Shown here one piece after another: positions 25,687 to 38,429 of a stretch of 64,000 bases of DNA. The notes beneath the pieces are model-generated. The model was not told the origin of the DNA. It saw nothing but the letters and a program-made list of their open reading frames with translations, and searched no databases. A program made the translations under genes and the position numbers. Each line of letters begins with the position of its first letter. Within the stretch, counting starts at the first letter, position 1. Source of the DNA: Yuukianura sp. NJ FZ-2021. Taxonomy: Eukaryota. The DNA lies in the NCBI GenBank assembly GCA_046563655.1, contig CM102284.1, positions 4,588,001-4,652,000 on the forward strand, read 5' to 3'.

Positions 25687-27085
25687 TTAGTCCAATTCTA
25701 TTCTCTGTCGCAAAACGGATGGGACTCCACAATGATTTTTGGCTTGTTTAGCCTTAGCAACTGCCAATTCAAAGTCCTTCATTGAGATTGCTCTGAGGGC
25801 CATTGGGCCATGAAGATGATCCTCCGACACTTCAACTTCATTATCTTCTGCCGATGTCCTGGAGAAGAAGTTCAACTTCTGAAACCAGCTACTGCTGGAG
25901 GAAGCTCCAGCAGTTCTATTAAAAACAAAACAAAACAAGTTGTATACGGGAAAAGTAGACAGTTTAATTAAAAATTAGAAGAGTACCCGTTAGTGTAGCC
26001 TGCTGTTCCTCCAGTTTTGGCTGAAGCAATCATTGCGTCACGACTAAGTGATAAATCAGCCAAGCAAGAAACTGCTGCTGCTCGCGCAACTTCCTTCAAA
26101 TCCGATCCGGAGAATCCCTCCGTCATTTCTGCCAACTTGTTCAAGTCAAAGTCACTTGCAAGTGTTTCATTTCGGAGTGTCAAGTTGAGGATGTGTTTCC
26201 GTTGGTTGACGTCTGGAACTGGAATATAAAATTTTGAGACCATTCTTCGCAAAATTGCTCCATCCATGTCCTTAGGACGATTAGTGGCTCCCATTACGAT
26301 GACTGTTTTCTTTGGATCTGTGATGAGACCATCCCAGAGCGACATGAACTGCGCCTTCATCATAGCCGTAACTTCATGATCTTGCGATGCTCGAAGACGC
26401 AACAGTGAATCAATTTCATCAATAAAGATGATACACGGTTGTATCTTCTCGGCTAAACTGAAGACGGCAGACGTTAGCTTTTGTGACTCTCCATACCACT
26501 TGTCTGTAAGGACGGAAACATCGAGATTGATGAACCAACATTTCGCTTCCTTTGCCATAGCTTTCGCGATCAAGGTTTTTCCAACTCCTGGAGCTCCGTA
26601 TATCAAAACTCCTACAAACGAACAAAAAACCATGTCAAAATGTTCAAATAGGCGTTTCCGAAGATGTAGTTCCGGTTCCGCAGCAACGTACCTTTCGGAG
26701 GTTGAATTAAACGTGAGAACTTGACCTTTTGGTGAGCTAGTATAGGATAGATGACTGTTTGCTTGAGTTGATCGATTACGTCGTCCAATCCAGCAACATC
26801 AGCCCAGGACACGTTGAGGTGTTGAGGATCAACAAGATGACTAGCAATCATGACTTCATACTCGTTGAGCCGAATGTCCTTGACCCCAAGTCGATTCATG
26901 ATTTCTTTAGCCTTGACCTGCGCTTTTTGCTTCTGTTGATAGGTAGGGTCAGCATGACGAAGAGCCCAGCGAACTAAGTAGAACGTCAAGAATCCAATTG
27001 CTCCAGCGCGAATAAGTGCAAAAACGATTTCTCGTTTCGCTGGTAATTCTCCTTGAACTTCAACCTTGGATAAGACACCCGTCAT
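25687..27085 (-). CDS. ATAD1: AAA ATPase ATAD1/Msp1 (outer mitochondrial membrane helix extractase), 3 exons
   Basis: N-terminal TM, LNEYEVMIASHLVDP, Walker A GAPGVGKT, pore loop KWYGE, Walker B IIFIDE, DHEVTAMMKAQFM, GATNRP, GFSGSDL. Confidence 0.95.
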
Positions 27086-27354
27086 TCTTGAATTTTCTTA
27101 GTTGTTAATTTTAAAGACTAATGGCATGGAATAATAACCTCGAACGGGCTACAATTCAATGACCTTTTATCTTAATCGTTCGAAATTTCTTTCGCAAGCC
27201 AAATCAGCTGCTGATGAAATGACAAGATAAAGGCTAACTTTAAAAGAATTTTACAGAAGAATTTTGAAAAAAAAATTAAGAGAGATATAAACTGGATTTA
27301 TTACAGTTTATATTTTATTAGTAAGTTAACTTAAATTCAATTGTCACGTGTTTC

Positions 27355-27675
27355 GGTTGAAGTAAACTTTGAGGCAGTCCGTTGTACCCCCCAAATTGCA
27401 TTGTATTGTACCCCCCCATTATAATCCGTGGCGGCAATTTCAAAAAAGCAACAAATCGCCCCCTCTATTGTTGGTTAGGTTAGGTTAGGTTAACATAACC
27501 TAACTAAGGACGGGGGGTACAGTTCATAAATCTATGCGCAACTGAACAAATCAACAGTAGAGGGGGCGATGTGTTGTTTTTTTGAATTTGCCGCCACGGA
27601 TTATAATGGGGGGGGGGGGTACAATACAATGCAATTTGGGGGGTACAACGGACTGCCTCAAAGTTTACTTCGACC
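27355..27675. mobile_element. MITE, 321 bp, about 125-bp TIRs, GG...CC termini, 8-bp TSD (MULE- or Merlin-type non-autonomous DNA transposon)
   Basis: Arms GGTTGAAGTAAACTTTGAGGCAGTCCGTTGTACCCCCC... and ...GGGGGGTACAACGGACTGCCTCAAAGTTTACTTCGACC. Direct repeat CGTGTTTC at 27347-27354 and 27676-27683. (TTAGG)n in the centre. Confidence 0.92.
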
Positions 27676-28950
27676 CGTGTTTCTTTGAGAAGGAATTGAG
27701 GCTGCGTACGCAAATGCGACACATTTCACTACCGTAATTTGACATAAGGAGTCACTATTATTATTGTTACCACCTAGTATGAAACTGTTTTCTGAAAAGT
27801 ACTGATGAGACAGCAATAGTAGGTAACAGGTGGTAACAAAAAAAAACACTTCAACTCAATGATTTGGTATTTTACGTTGTGCAGAGAATGAATGCAAATA
27901 CTTATCCTAATTCCGGAAATTGCTAAAAACACTGTCTACTTGCACGTCTTGAATATTCGCATTTCTCTGCACAACGTAGAAACCCAAATTACTGAAATGA
28001 AGTGCTTCTTTTTGTTAAAGGTTAGCTCTGTTTTGCTTTGTTTTCGAAGGCTTAAGTTCTGGAAAAAAAAGTCTGGAGAAAACTACTTGCCCATTGAAAC
28101 ACTACATGATTCTTTGAGCCTCAAAGTTTGAGGGTTAAAAAAACTCGTTAATTTAAACAGAAGAATTTGAATTTGAATTTTATTTGACCAAATGGTGCCA
28201 TGTTGACAGGTCATGGCGTCTTATACAGTATTGCTTATTCAATTTGCAACTCAGGAGTATTTACAATAGGGAGTAGTGTTGCGAACTTCAACCACGTTTT
28301 AAAAACCTCATAAATTCAGAACAGCGAAATGGCGAAATGGGTGGATGATATAGGACGGTTTTGCCGCCTTTACTTCTACATAGCTTTCTAAATTTTTCTA
28401 CATGAAGATCAATTATCAAATACCCACGTAAAAATTCGGTAAGTTGATTTTTCACTTGAAAAAGCGTTCATAAAACTATAGAATTGTGTTTTGGAAATTG
28501 AACTTTTACAAATTCATTCGGTTTTCGCTTTGGACTTGGACCGTGTTTCATTTGTACAGTTACCGTGACTGTTATTATAAAGGCAGAACGCAGGAGTGCA
28601 TTATTCGTTGTGTCTGCATTTGCCTGGTAATAAGGTGAACGGTTTTGAATCCTACTCACTCTTGGTACTAATTCGCTTTTAATTAGCAATTTAACTGTTC
28701 TTTGTAAGGAGTAGGAGACCCGGTTATTGAAATTCACTGGAACCTTCGACTGGTGTTGGAGGAAGAGCCGTTGGACAGAACTCAAACAGAAGTCAGGAAA
28801 TCCGTTCCTGGTTCTTACATTGGTAACACCAGTACCGTTTCGTAAAGGTCAGCTGTTCCAAAATCGTCATTACGAATAGTCATAAAATTTGTGAATGCAG
28901 TAGGATTTCTTGTCTGATTCACGTTTCTACTACATCTCGGTACTTCTTAG

Positions 28951-29873
<923 letters not shown>

Positions 29874-30275
29874 GACATCTCAAACGTCTGCCCAATTATT
29901 AATTTGAACTATAGTTTTTGGATTACCGTAAAGATTCAGCTTACTCTTGTTTCCCTGCTAATACTATGTAATTCTCTCTTTCTTTATATAACACATAAAT
30001 CTTAAAAAGATGTCTTATTTATAATTAATAGATTTGTACTTTTCGGTTTCTGGATTTCAAAACGGTACTCCCAGTTGCAGGGCTATTTAACTTTAAGAAT
30101 CCGTGTCTATTACTACCCCTTCTGAATTTATAAGTTCTCTTGAATAAAATTAGTTTAAGGACGATTCATGTGTTAACGTTTATTCTTTAACTCAAAGTTG
30201 CTTCATCTAACCCTGAACTAAACTTAACTTGTTAATTATAAACTTAGTAAGTTGTCTTCATTATTAGCGCTCATG

Positions 30276-31509
30276 TTATTGTGCTTCACGGTCGTTGTTA
30301 GTACTACTGGCCGTGGCCTTGAGCGGTTTGAACAGCCAATCAGCTCCCTGTCTAGGATTGTTCCAGTCATACTCCGCTTCATCCTGTTCAGCAGCTTCTC
30401 TGGACTTGCGGAGCTGAGCCAACTTTTGCATGAATTGCTTCATATCCACTGGACCTGGACCATGCTGGACAATTGCCTCTTCCAGTCGCGACAGTTGTGC
30501 CTTGTCCAACTTCGAAGCTGCAATGACCTTCGCAAATGCCTCAACCTCCTTGTCAGTAAGTCCGGATAACTTCGCAGAAGTCCTGAGTCTTTGAACGGTG
30601 GCGGCATCCACTTGGGGTGGAATAGGAATGGACGTAGCAGGAGGCGGAGCTTGTCGAGCACTCCGTCGAAATTCTTCCTCAACACATCTCTTTTCAAGGG
30701 ATTTCCGCATCCAGTCGGCGTATTCAGCAGAAGTATCTGGTTCTAGGTAAGCTCGGCGTAAACTGTTTATCTAAAAGATCAAATCAATATTGAAGTTTAA
30801 TAAATTCATTTGTATTGAATTAACACTTACGTCATTAAAGCCAAGTTCAAGTAATGCTGCTGCACGACGCACTCGATTGGCCTTTTCATCGGATAGCCCA
30901 GCACTCTTTGCCGCATTCTATAAAATATGTTAGAAGCACCAATTAAAAATTCTAAAGTCCAAAAATCCTTAGTTAATCAAAAACTAACCTTCAGTTTCTC
31001 CAGTTCAATCGGTGGCACAGTTTTAGCTTCCTTTAAGTCTGAAACCTTTGCTTTTTCTGCCGGATCTTGCTGGAACGGACTAATGGCTGCTATAAGGTGA
31101 TGCAAAATGCTGTCGACGAAATCAACACCTTCAGAAATATCGTGGTGCCATGAGCCAGCGTCATGTGATTCACTATCGGAAGAATGTTCATGTCCACTTG
31201 GATGTGAAATTGCTCCGATTAGTCCACTAAACTGGCCCAGGAACAGGATCAGCACTGAAATCACCAATAATTGTTACAATTAATAATTCTATAATACATT
31301 TTTCGGGGACAAAAGTTAAATAACGCCTACCGATTCGAAATGCTTTGGACACGAACATCTTCTTGTAAATTGGAATAACACAACAACCTTCTGGTCCACT
31401 TTCTTCCTGGATACTGACGGGGATAACCAACTCTTAGAAGTAAAAACTAACCTAATCAAATGCTAGGATTTTACTCCCAGTTACCTTGACCTTGGTTAAG
31501 GATAACCAT
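30276..31509 (-). CDS. Uncharacterised secreted protein with a duplicated helical repeat, 4 exons
   Basis: ATG at 31509. Spliced N-terminus MVILNQGQVLILFLGQFSGLIGA is signal-peptide-like. Short GT-AG introns join the ORFs in frame to stop at 30276. Confidence 0.7.
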
Positions 31510-31739
31510 GCTGAGCTTGGCGAGGTCACTTAACTTCAAGCCAACTTTACCGCGGCTGATTGTAGTCAATTCAAGTTTTTTTTACTATTAAAGTAATCTG
31601 AATAAGGCATACTCTCCGCTCTAGCGCAAACATAATCTTCTAATCCTAACCTTACACAATCTTTCAGAATTAATTTGTCTGTACCCTTTACTCTTGTACT
31701 TTGCCTTGGTCGCCTATTGGATCCTGCAACGTTGAGCTT

Positions 31740-34700
31740 TTAATCGGGATCGCTTTGTGATTCTTGATCGATTTCCATTTCGCATCCATCTTTCGCAGCA
31801 GTAGTCCCAGCACCACCGCGTTTATTGAGGTCGTGGCCTTCCTCTTCAGAATCAGAACACAAAAGTTCGAGAGGACTTGGCTCTGCATCTTCATCTTCCG
31901 TTTCCACTCCATCTAACGGCATATTATCCGCAATGTCCAACTTCTTGCCCAATTGTTTGGAAAGTAATGTCAAATACTTCTTGATTAGTGCTTTCCGATC
32001 CTATAAAGACAAATGGCGACGATAAGATCACCCAAAGCGGAAAACAGTGTAATCGTAAAGCGATTCAAAGTAGACGTACACTTCTTCCTTTGGTGACCAA
32101 AGAGTCCAGTATTTCAGTGATGATCTTCCGGATATCCTGAGCGCCCTTGCGTGAAGAAACAGTGAAGAATTTCAAAGAGTTAGCTAAGTACATTGCTTCA
32201 TTTGCATTTGATTCCAAGCAATCCTTGATATGCTCCAGACTATTCATGATATGATTCTCGTGAACAATCTATATAAAGTAAGAAATAAAAAGTTAACGAA
32301 AAGAGAATACATATCCGGTAGGGTCCGCGGCACTAATTTACTTGCAGCTTACGTAGCCATCTTCCAAACGAGAAAGAGCTTCAGGGCTTGTGCTGGCGGC
32401 AACAAATTTAGCCAGTTTCACCACATCTTCGTCTGGGTCTTCACTCAAATCTGTGTCGTCTTCATCTGTTGCTTGAGCCTCTGACAAGCGATTGACACTG
32501 CAAACACCAAATCCGATTGAAAAATGCAAAGACCCTTAGCACATACGAAAATAGTGACAGTATTCTTACTAAATTATAAAGGCTTCCAGAATCATTGCAG
32601 AATTCCCGATTTCAACCTTTGCAAACAGTTGAATAAAGTCCGTAATCGGCTTAGTTGCGGACGCATTTCCTGATACTACAAATGGGGGTGGATTATAGAA
32701 CATATTTAGAGTGATTTTTACTTGTGCAACAAAACCAACAAGGAACATGGCAGACACTTTTAAAGTAAGATTCAATACTTACCATTGGGAGCAATCCATA
32801 TTGACAAGAAATCTGCCAGGAACTTGGCACTTTTGATTTGTTTTGTCAACAACAACTTTCCAATTCCAGTAACTTTCAGGTCAACGTCTGTATGCCTCTG
32901 TAGGTTAAAAAACAGTAAGAAATTGCTTCAAAATTATCCATATCGTCGCTCAAGCAGATCGTAATCATGATTCAATGAAGACCAAGATTGAGTTTGTTTG
33001 GTACAGTATAGTTACCGGTTCCTTTTCCCCAAGCTTATTCAATAAAGCTACCACGCCTTCTTCCAGTTCCTCCGTTGAAACGTCATGATGATCAAATGGA
33101 TAGGGTAACCCAACTGAAGTAAACAAAATAGACGTTCAATTAAAAACACATTTAACTAACTATTAGACAAAAAAAAGAGTTACTTACTAATACTAAGCTC
33201 GCCTTCTTTTGGCAGGAAGAATGTCATCGAGTACATTATTATGAGATCGACTACTGAATGGAAACCAGCTACTTGAGCATCAAGAATATCGTACTGTAGC
33301 GCCTATATTCAAAACAAACAATATCACACCAGTTTTTCTTTGTTTCTGCATTGATAGAAATTAATATGATCCAGCTAAAATCGTTAAATTACTACTATTT
33401 TCAGTCTATATGTTCCGCTTAATACCTGAAGCGAAATTATCATCGCGTGCTTGGCTTGTTGTTTGTCCAGTAAAGCAAACTTGCAGTAAAGTGTAATCGT
33501 CTCAGATCTAACACGAGCATCGTCATCCTGAAAATATTTATCAAGTAAAACATCAACTCAATTCAAGTATATTTTTAAAGAAGCTAGTAAGAAACTAGAA
33601 TTCTTAGTTCACTCAATGCTTACCTCAAGACAAGGCATGATACGAGTTGAATACAGTGTTCGGATAAAAGGTGTGATCTTCTTCGTTATTCCTAAGAATC
33701 GAGATAAAATCATCAAGGCTTTTAAGATGGAATGTCCTGGTAGTAGGAAAGTTGGTTCACTTCCATCTTCAGATCTTATTGGAGACAATACAGGAACAGA
33801 AACATTCCTGACTGTACCAACATAAGTAGAGGAGGAAGTCGCGAGATCATTTCGTAATGAGGAAGATTCAACTGCGCGTAAAATGGATCGTTGTTCAGTT
33901 GAAGGAGTTGATGCTTCAATATTTTCCATTTCCTGCAGCTCCTTTATTTTCTTTTGCAAATCTTGTTGTTTAGCAATGCATGCATCCACTTGCTGTTGGA
34001 TTTCATTGCACACGAGATACTGATTACTCCGGGCTGCTGAATCTCTTTTGTCAACAAGACGATGACGCTCTGCGATTTGCCCAGCAATCTGAAATTCATG
34101 GAAAAATTAGATTATTCAATGTATGAAGATTTAATACTTTACTTCTACCTGCTCCTTCAATTGGGTTAGTCGGTCGCTAACTGCCATTTTCGGAGGATTT
34201 ACACGGATTGGTGTAGAAGCCATCAGGCAAGGCAAGCGATTTTGCAGTGGATTTTGGAATGATAATGGTGCACCTTGATTTTCTTCTGGATCGGGATGCG
34301 GTATTGGTGAAATCCTATCCGGAAAGGCTGGAGAATCGGCCAATGGCGTAGCTGGTTCACGGTTGCTTGTCGACGGTGTATGAACTGGGATGATGTTGGA
34401 AATAGTTCCATCTTCCATGACAGTAGTCGTATGTCCTTGTCCAGGTTTTGCAATCCCGCCACGAGTTGACTCAGATTCGACTTCGTTTATTCCGTCCAAC
34501 ATTTGGGAGAAGCCGAAGTTACTTCTTGGTGCACCTTTGTCTTCGTTTTCGATTGCGGTAGCACATAAACTACCCGCTTCTTGCACGATGGTATTTGCCT
34601 CTTCCTGTTGTGGTTGATTTCCGAGATTCACTGAATCCGCTGTACTTTCATCCAAATCTTGACTCCCTTCCTTGTCCTTAGCAGTAATATTATTATTGAT

Positions 34701-37235
34701 TGTGCAATCAAAAAATTCTATCAAAATTGACATGAGATAATCATTCAAAGATTCCTTCTCAACCAATTTTCCTGCCAGGTCGACAGCAACATTGATGATT
34801 ATGGCATCTTCAACGGCTGGTTCCAACAAAACGGTTCTCAAGAAATCGACCATTTCACCCCTGGAAAGTCAAAAGTCACTATCGTTCAAGTTATACAGGG
34901 TGTGGCAGCCAAAAGTGGACACCTTAAATTTGTTGTTAGGGGCAACCGACGAAAAAATGGTAAATAATGGGGGGAGAATTTAGCCAAATTCAAAAATTGT
35001 CAAAAGTCAAAACAATTTTTTACCGAAGCGCAAAAAATTTTTGCGCTTCGGTGCAAGTTTCCTCCCAGAGTTACGAAAATAAACAAAATATTTATAATTG
35101 AGGTGTCTACTTTTGGCTGCCACACCCTGTATAATACTCTCAAATAAATAAACTTGTACGTTAGAAGAACTCACCTAACACATTCTTCAAAATTAAGAAT
35201 ATCACATATTTTGAGCGCAATAGAGAAACAGAGACTGGACTCTTGAGCGAAGGAGCATGTACCATCGGCAAGTTTTGCTTTATCACTGCGATGGCGACTC
35301 AGGAGCCTGAAATAATAAAATACATAGTATCAGTTATTAAATATCTGACAATTACTGTATTCCGAAATGTCGAGTCGGCTACTTTTTCAAATAATCTGTA
35401 ACATCACTGGGTTCCGGCAATAGGAGATTAGCGCAGAACGGATTGCTCTTAAATTTGTTACAGAGAAGTAACCACAACTGCGACTTTTCCACTTTTAATT
35501 CATCCAAATGAACCAGCTTCTTCTCAGAAAGAAATCCCCAATCGATAGCTTGATATTCCTTGGAACTTCCCTCCCTACTCAAAATGACAAAATCGCTCAA
35601 TTATAGTGATTAGTCATTAGTAATCGTGTAATGGATTAACCCCAACGCCTAAAGGAACTTACGGGTACAACGCATCAATGACTAGGCGAGCAGTCTTTGC
35701 ATGATAAGCCAATTCCAGTTTCTCAAACAGTACCACCAGATCGTTGTGGCACTGATTCAGCCAAGCCGGTAGAACAGCATGCTCCATAACTTCTCGAACT
35801 CGTCCTAAAATGTGATTCCATTTACATGAACTTTTTTACTCTCTTAATGTCAACGGTTTTCATGTTATGGTGAACTAACCAGATGGCTTTGCTAGGCCGG
35901 ATCGAATTAATAGGAGTTTCTCGTCTTTATCTGCAATTCGATTCAAATCCAATTTTGAAATCTGTACGAAAGCCTCAGCCCGTACCATTTCCGAGGGGTC
36001 TTCGGATTTTTCAATGTACATTGACGTTTTGATGGAAGGGAATTTTGACATCAGAGCAACCGCAGCTCTGCGTGCTTCTGGACTTGGATCGCACTTCAAC
36101 GTGAATGTAAATGCTAAAAAAATGTAAGAAATAATTTGTGATACTCAAATTATTACACAGCATTGGATGGTGTTATACAAGTCGAGTTTCTTACATTCTC
36201 TAGCAGCCAAATTATCATTGAAAATTGGCAAGCAATTCAATGTTGCAATACGAACTGCTGCGACTTTGTCCTACGGTTTCAAAACACTTAAAATGTTTAC
36301 TTTTCAAAAATGAAACTTTGCAGATATTAGTAAAAGCTCCGTACCCGCATTCGTACAAGAACGACTTTTGTTAACAAATCCTCGTGGTACTGCTGAACGA
36401 GTGTGGAGTGTTGTGAGTGGGTCAGGATGTACCGCAACTGTTCCATTATTCGAATTCTTACGTTTGTGTTTTGATCATAATGACACTAGAGAAAATTGAT
36501 ACACAAAGAAATAAAAATGTGGTGGGATATAAGAACGTACTTATTCGTTTAAATCTTCAAACTCACCCGGAAAATGAATTGAAGAATGTGATATAAAATG
36601 GGAAACCGTCCATCCTTCTCGTCTTTTGCAGATGTGTACCCCTTTCCGACACTTACGACGGATGCTTTCATGAATTTTAGCACAGCATCGTGGAATTCAT
36701 TTTTGTCTCCTTTCATGAAAGGAAACGAAATTCGCCACAAGCAGGTGGAAATGAGCTTCTGGTAGTCATTGTCCTATGAAAAAAAATCGATGAACGAAGA
36801 AAAGTCTAAGTTATAACTAACTTTTCTTACTTTTTGTTTTATGTTAGTCGGTTTCTTGCAATAGACCTCCTCCAATTTCTGAATTTGATTTTGCATGTGC
36901 GTGGATTTCCGTGTGGACTGGACATCGTCGATAATTTTCAGTATCAACTGGAACTCAGGGGTGTTGTGGCAGGTAAACAGGTTATAGTCAGATGTCGCCG
37001 AAAACCCGACTTTATTCTTGGGCTGGCCCTTTAATGCCAAATTGACACTTTGCCTCTTCCTTGTCTTGTTCTTCGGTATATTTTTACTGGGCCTTGCTGG
37101 TGCTGTGATGTTGGCAGTAGAAACTACATCATCTTCACTATCAGCTGAATCAACGGGTACGGTGGCAGTGACATTGGTCTGCTTTGCGGTTTCGGCCGCC
37201 TTCTTTTGCTGGGCTTGACGACGTGTGAACGGCAT
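31740..37235 (-). CDS. Cap-G: Condensin I subunit CAP-G (NCAPG), many exons
   Basis: HEAT-repeat pattern VRIRIMEQL, VRMR-DKVAAVR, LKCDPSPEARRAAV, EDPSEMVRAEAF. Large acidic disordered insert, then C-terminal HEAT region (VRSETITLYCKFALLDK, GFHSVVDLIIMY). Acidic tail. Confidence 0.8.
34896..35129. mobile_element. Tc1/mariner-type MITE, 234 bp, inside a CAP-G intron
   Basis: TIRs CAGGGTGTGGCAGCCAAAAGTGGACACC / GGTGTCTACTTTTGGCTGCCACACCCTG flanked by TA on both sides. Confidence 0.92.
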
Positions 37236-38429
37236 GCTTCACCTTGTTTTAGTCCAAAAATAAAATGTCAAACGTAGAAACTAAAAGTAAAGCTTACAAC
37301 AACCTTACACGCTAAAAGATACGACCTACCTCCCCTCCCTCCGATGATCCGGCTTCCGGCAGCGACAAGGCGAACAAGTCTTGAAGATCTAGACGAAATT
37401 GAATTAGGTGACAAATTCAAATTCAAACAAAGTGTAAGTATCTTAATTGATAACTTACTGGCACTAGTCACACTTCTGCAGGGCTGACGTCTTCTCGGAA
37501 AATACAAAATCTAAAAAATTCGACGAGACATCGAGTTAAATGGAGTCAAACTCCGAACGCATTAATGGAGACTTTAGTTTGATCTTTCTGAAGCTTTCTG
37601 GATTAGTAGGTAGCGACCGCTATTATTGGCTACCTTTTTTTTACATAAACCGAAGGACAATGACCTTTAATTTTACAATTTTAAACACCAAAATGTAAGC
37701 CTTAAAGGAAGTTAATTACTTCAATCACGGATTTGTTTTGTTGCCGTTGTTGTATTGGAAGTTGTACTTCTACATACAGAAGGAAGACAAGTTCCCGCTA
37801 AAATCGCCCGTCCTGGCCCGCGTTTGTTGCATGTGTTTGTTTACAACTAACAAACAGAAAACTGAAAAATGGCACCTCTGATTAATGGCGATGTAGCTTC
37901 CGGATCTTACTTTGTTAATTACGTTTAATTATCTATTTTTCAAAAAATATGGATTAGATTAACTGAAATTTTAAGGTTTGGGAAAGTTGAACGCCAACTA
38001 AAAATAAATATTTTTCTTGCCAGATTTTCCGGTGTACGAGAGTTTTTTTTGTGATGACGATTTTCCTTCCATACATTTCTCTCATCTCATGTCCTATCTC
38101 TCGTAATGCAACATTTTTAACCAATCACAATCATGCATTAGCCGTGTATACAAACATGCAAAGTCTCTTCAAGGTTTTAGGCGGCGTAAAGCAAAACAAA
38201 GTGAAAATTCCAAATTACAAAACTTTTTTTTCCCAAAAACCTTGGCAAATTGAAAACACTTTTTCGTTTATGGCTCTCGAAGTTTACAAAAATTCGTAAT
38301 TTTGAATGTTTTGAATTGAAATCTAAAGCTTTGAACTCTGAATTTGTGGAAAAGCAATGCAGAACCTTTAATTGACCATTTTAAAATCAGTTTAGTTGCT
38401 AGAGATTATAAATTCTATATGAGGTTAAC

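Noticed and set aside
27474-27505. (TTAGG)n as a telomere or chromosome-fusion relic
   Set aside because: Only about three to four units, enclosed within a MITE that has TSDs.
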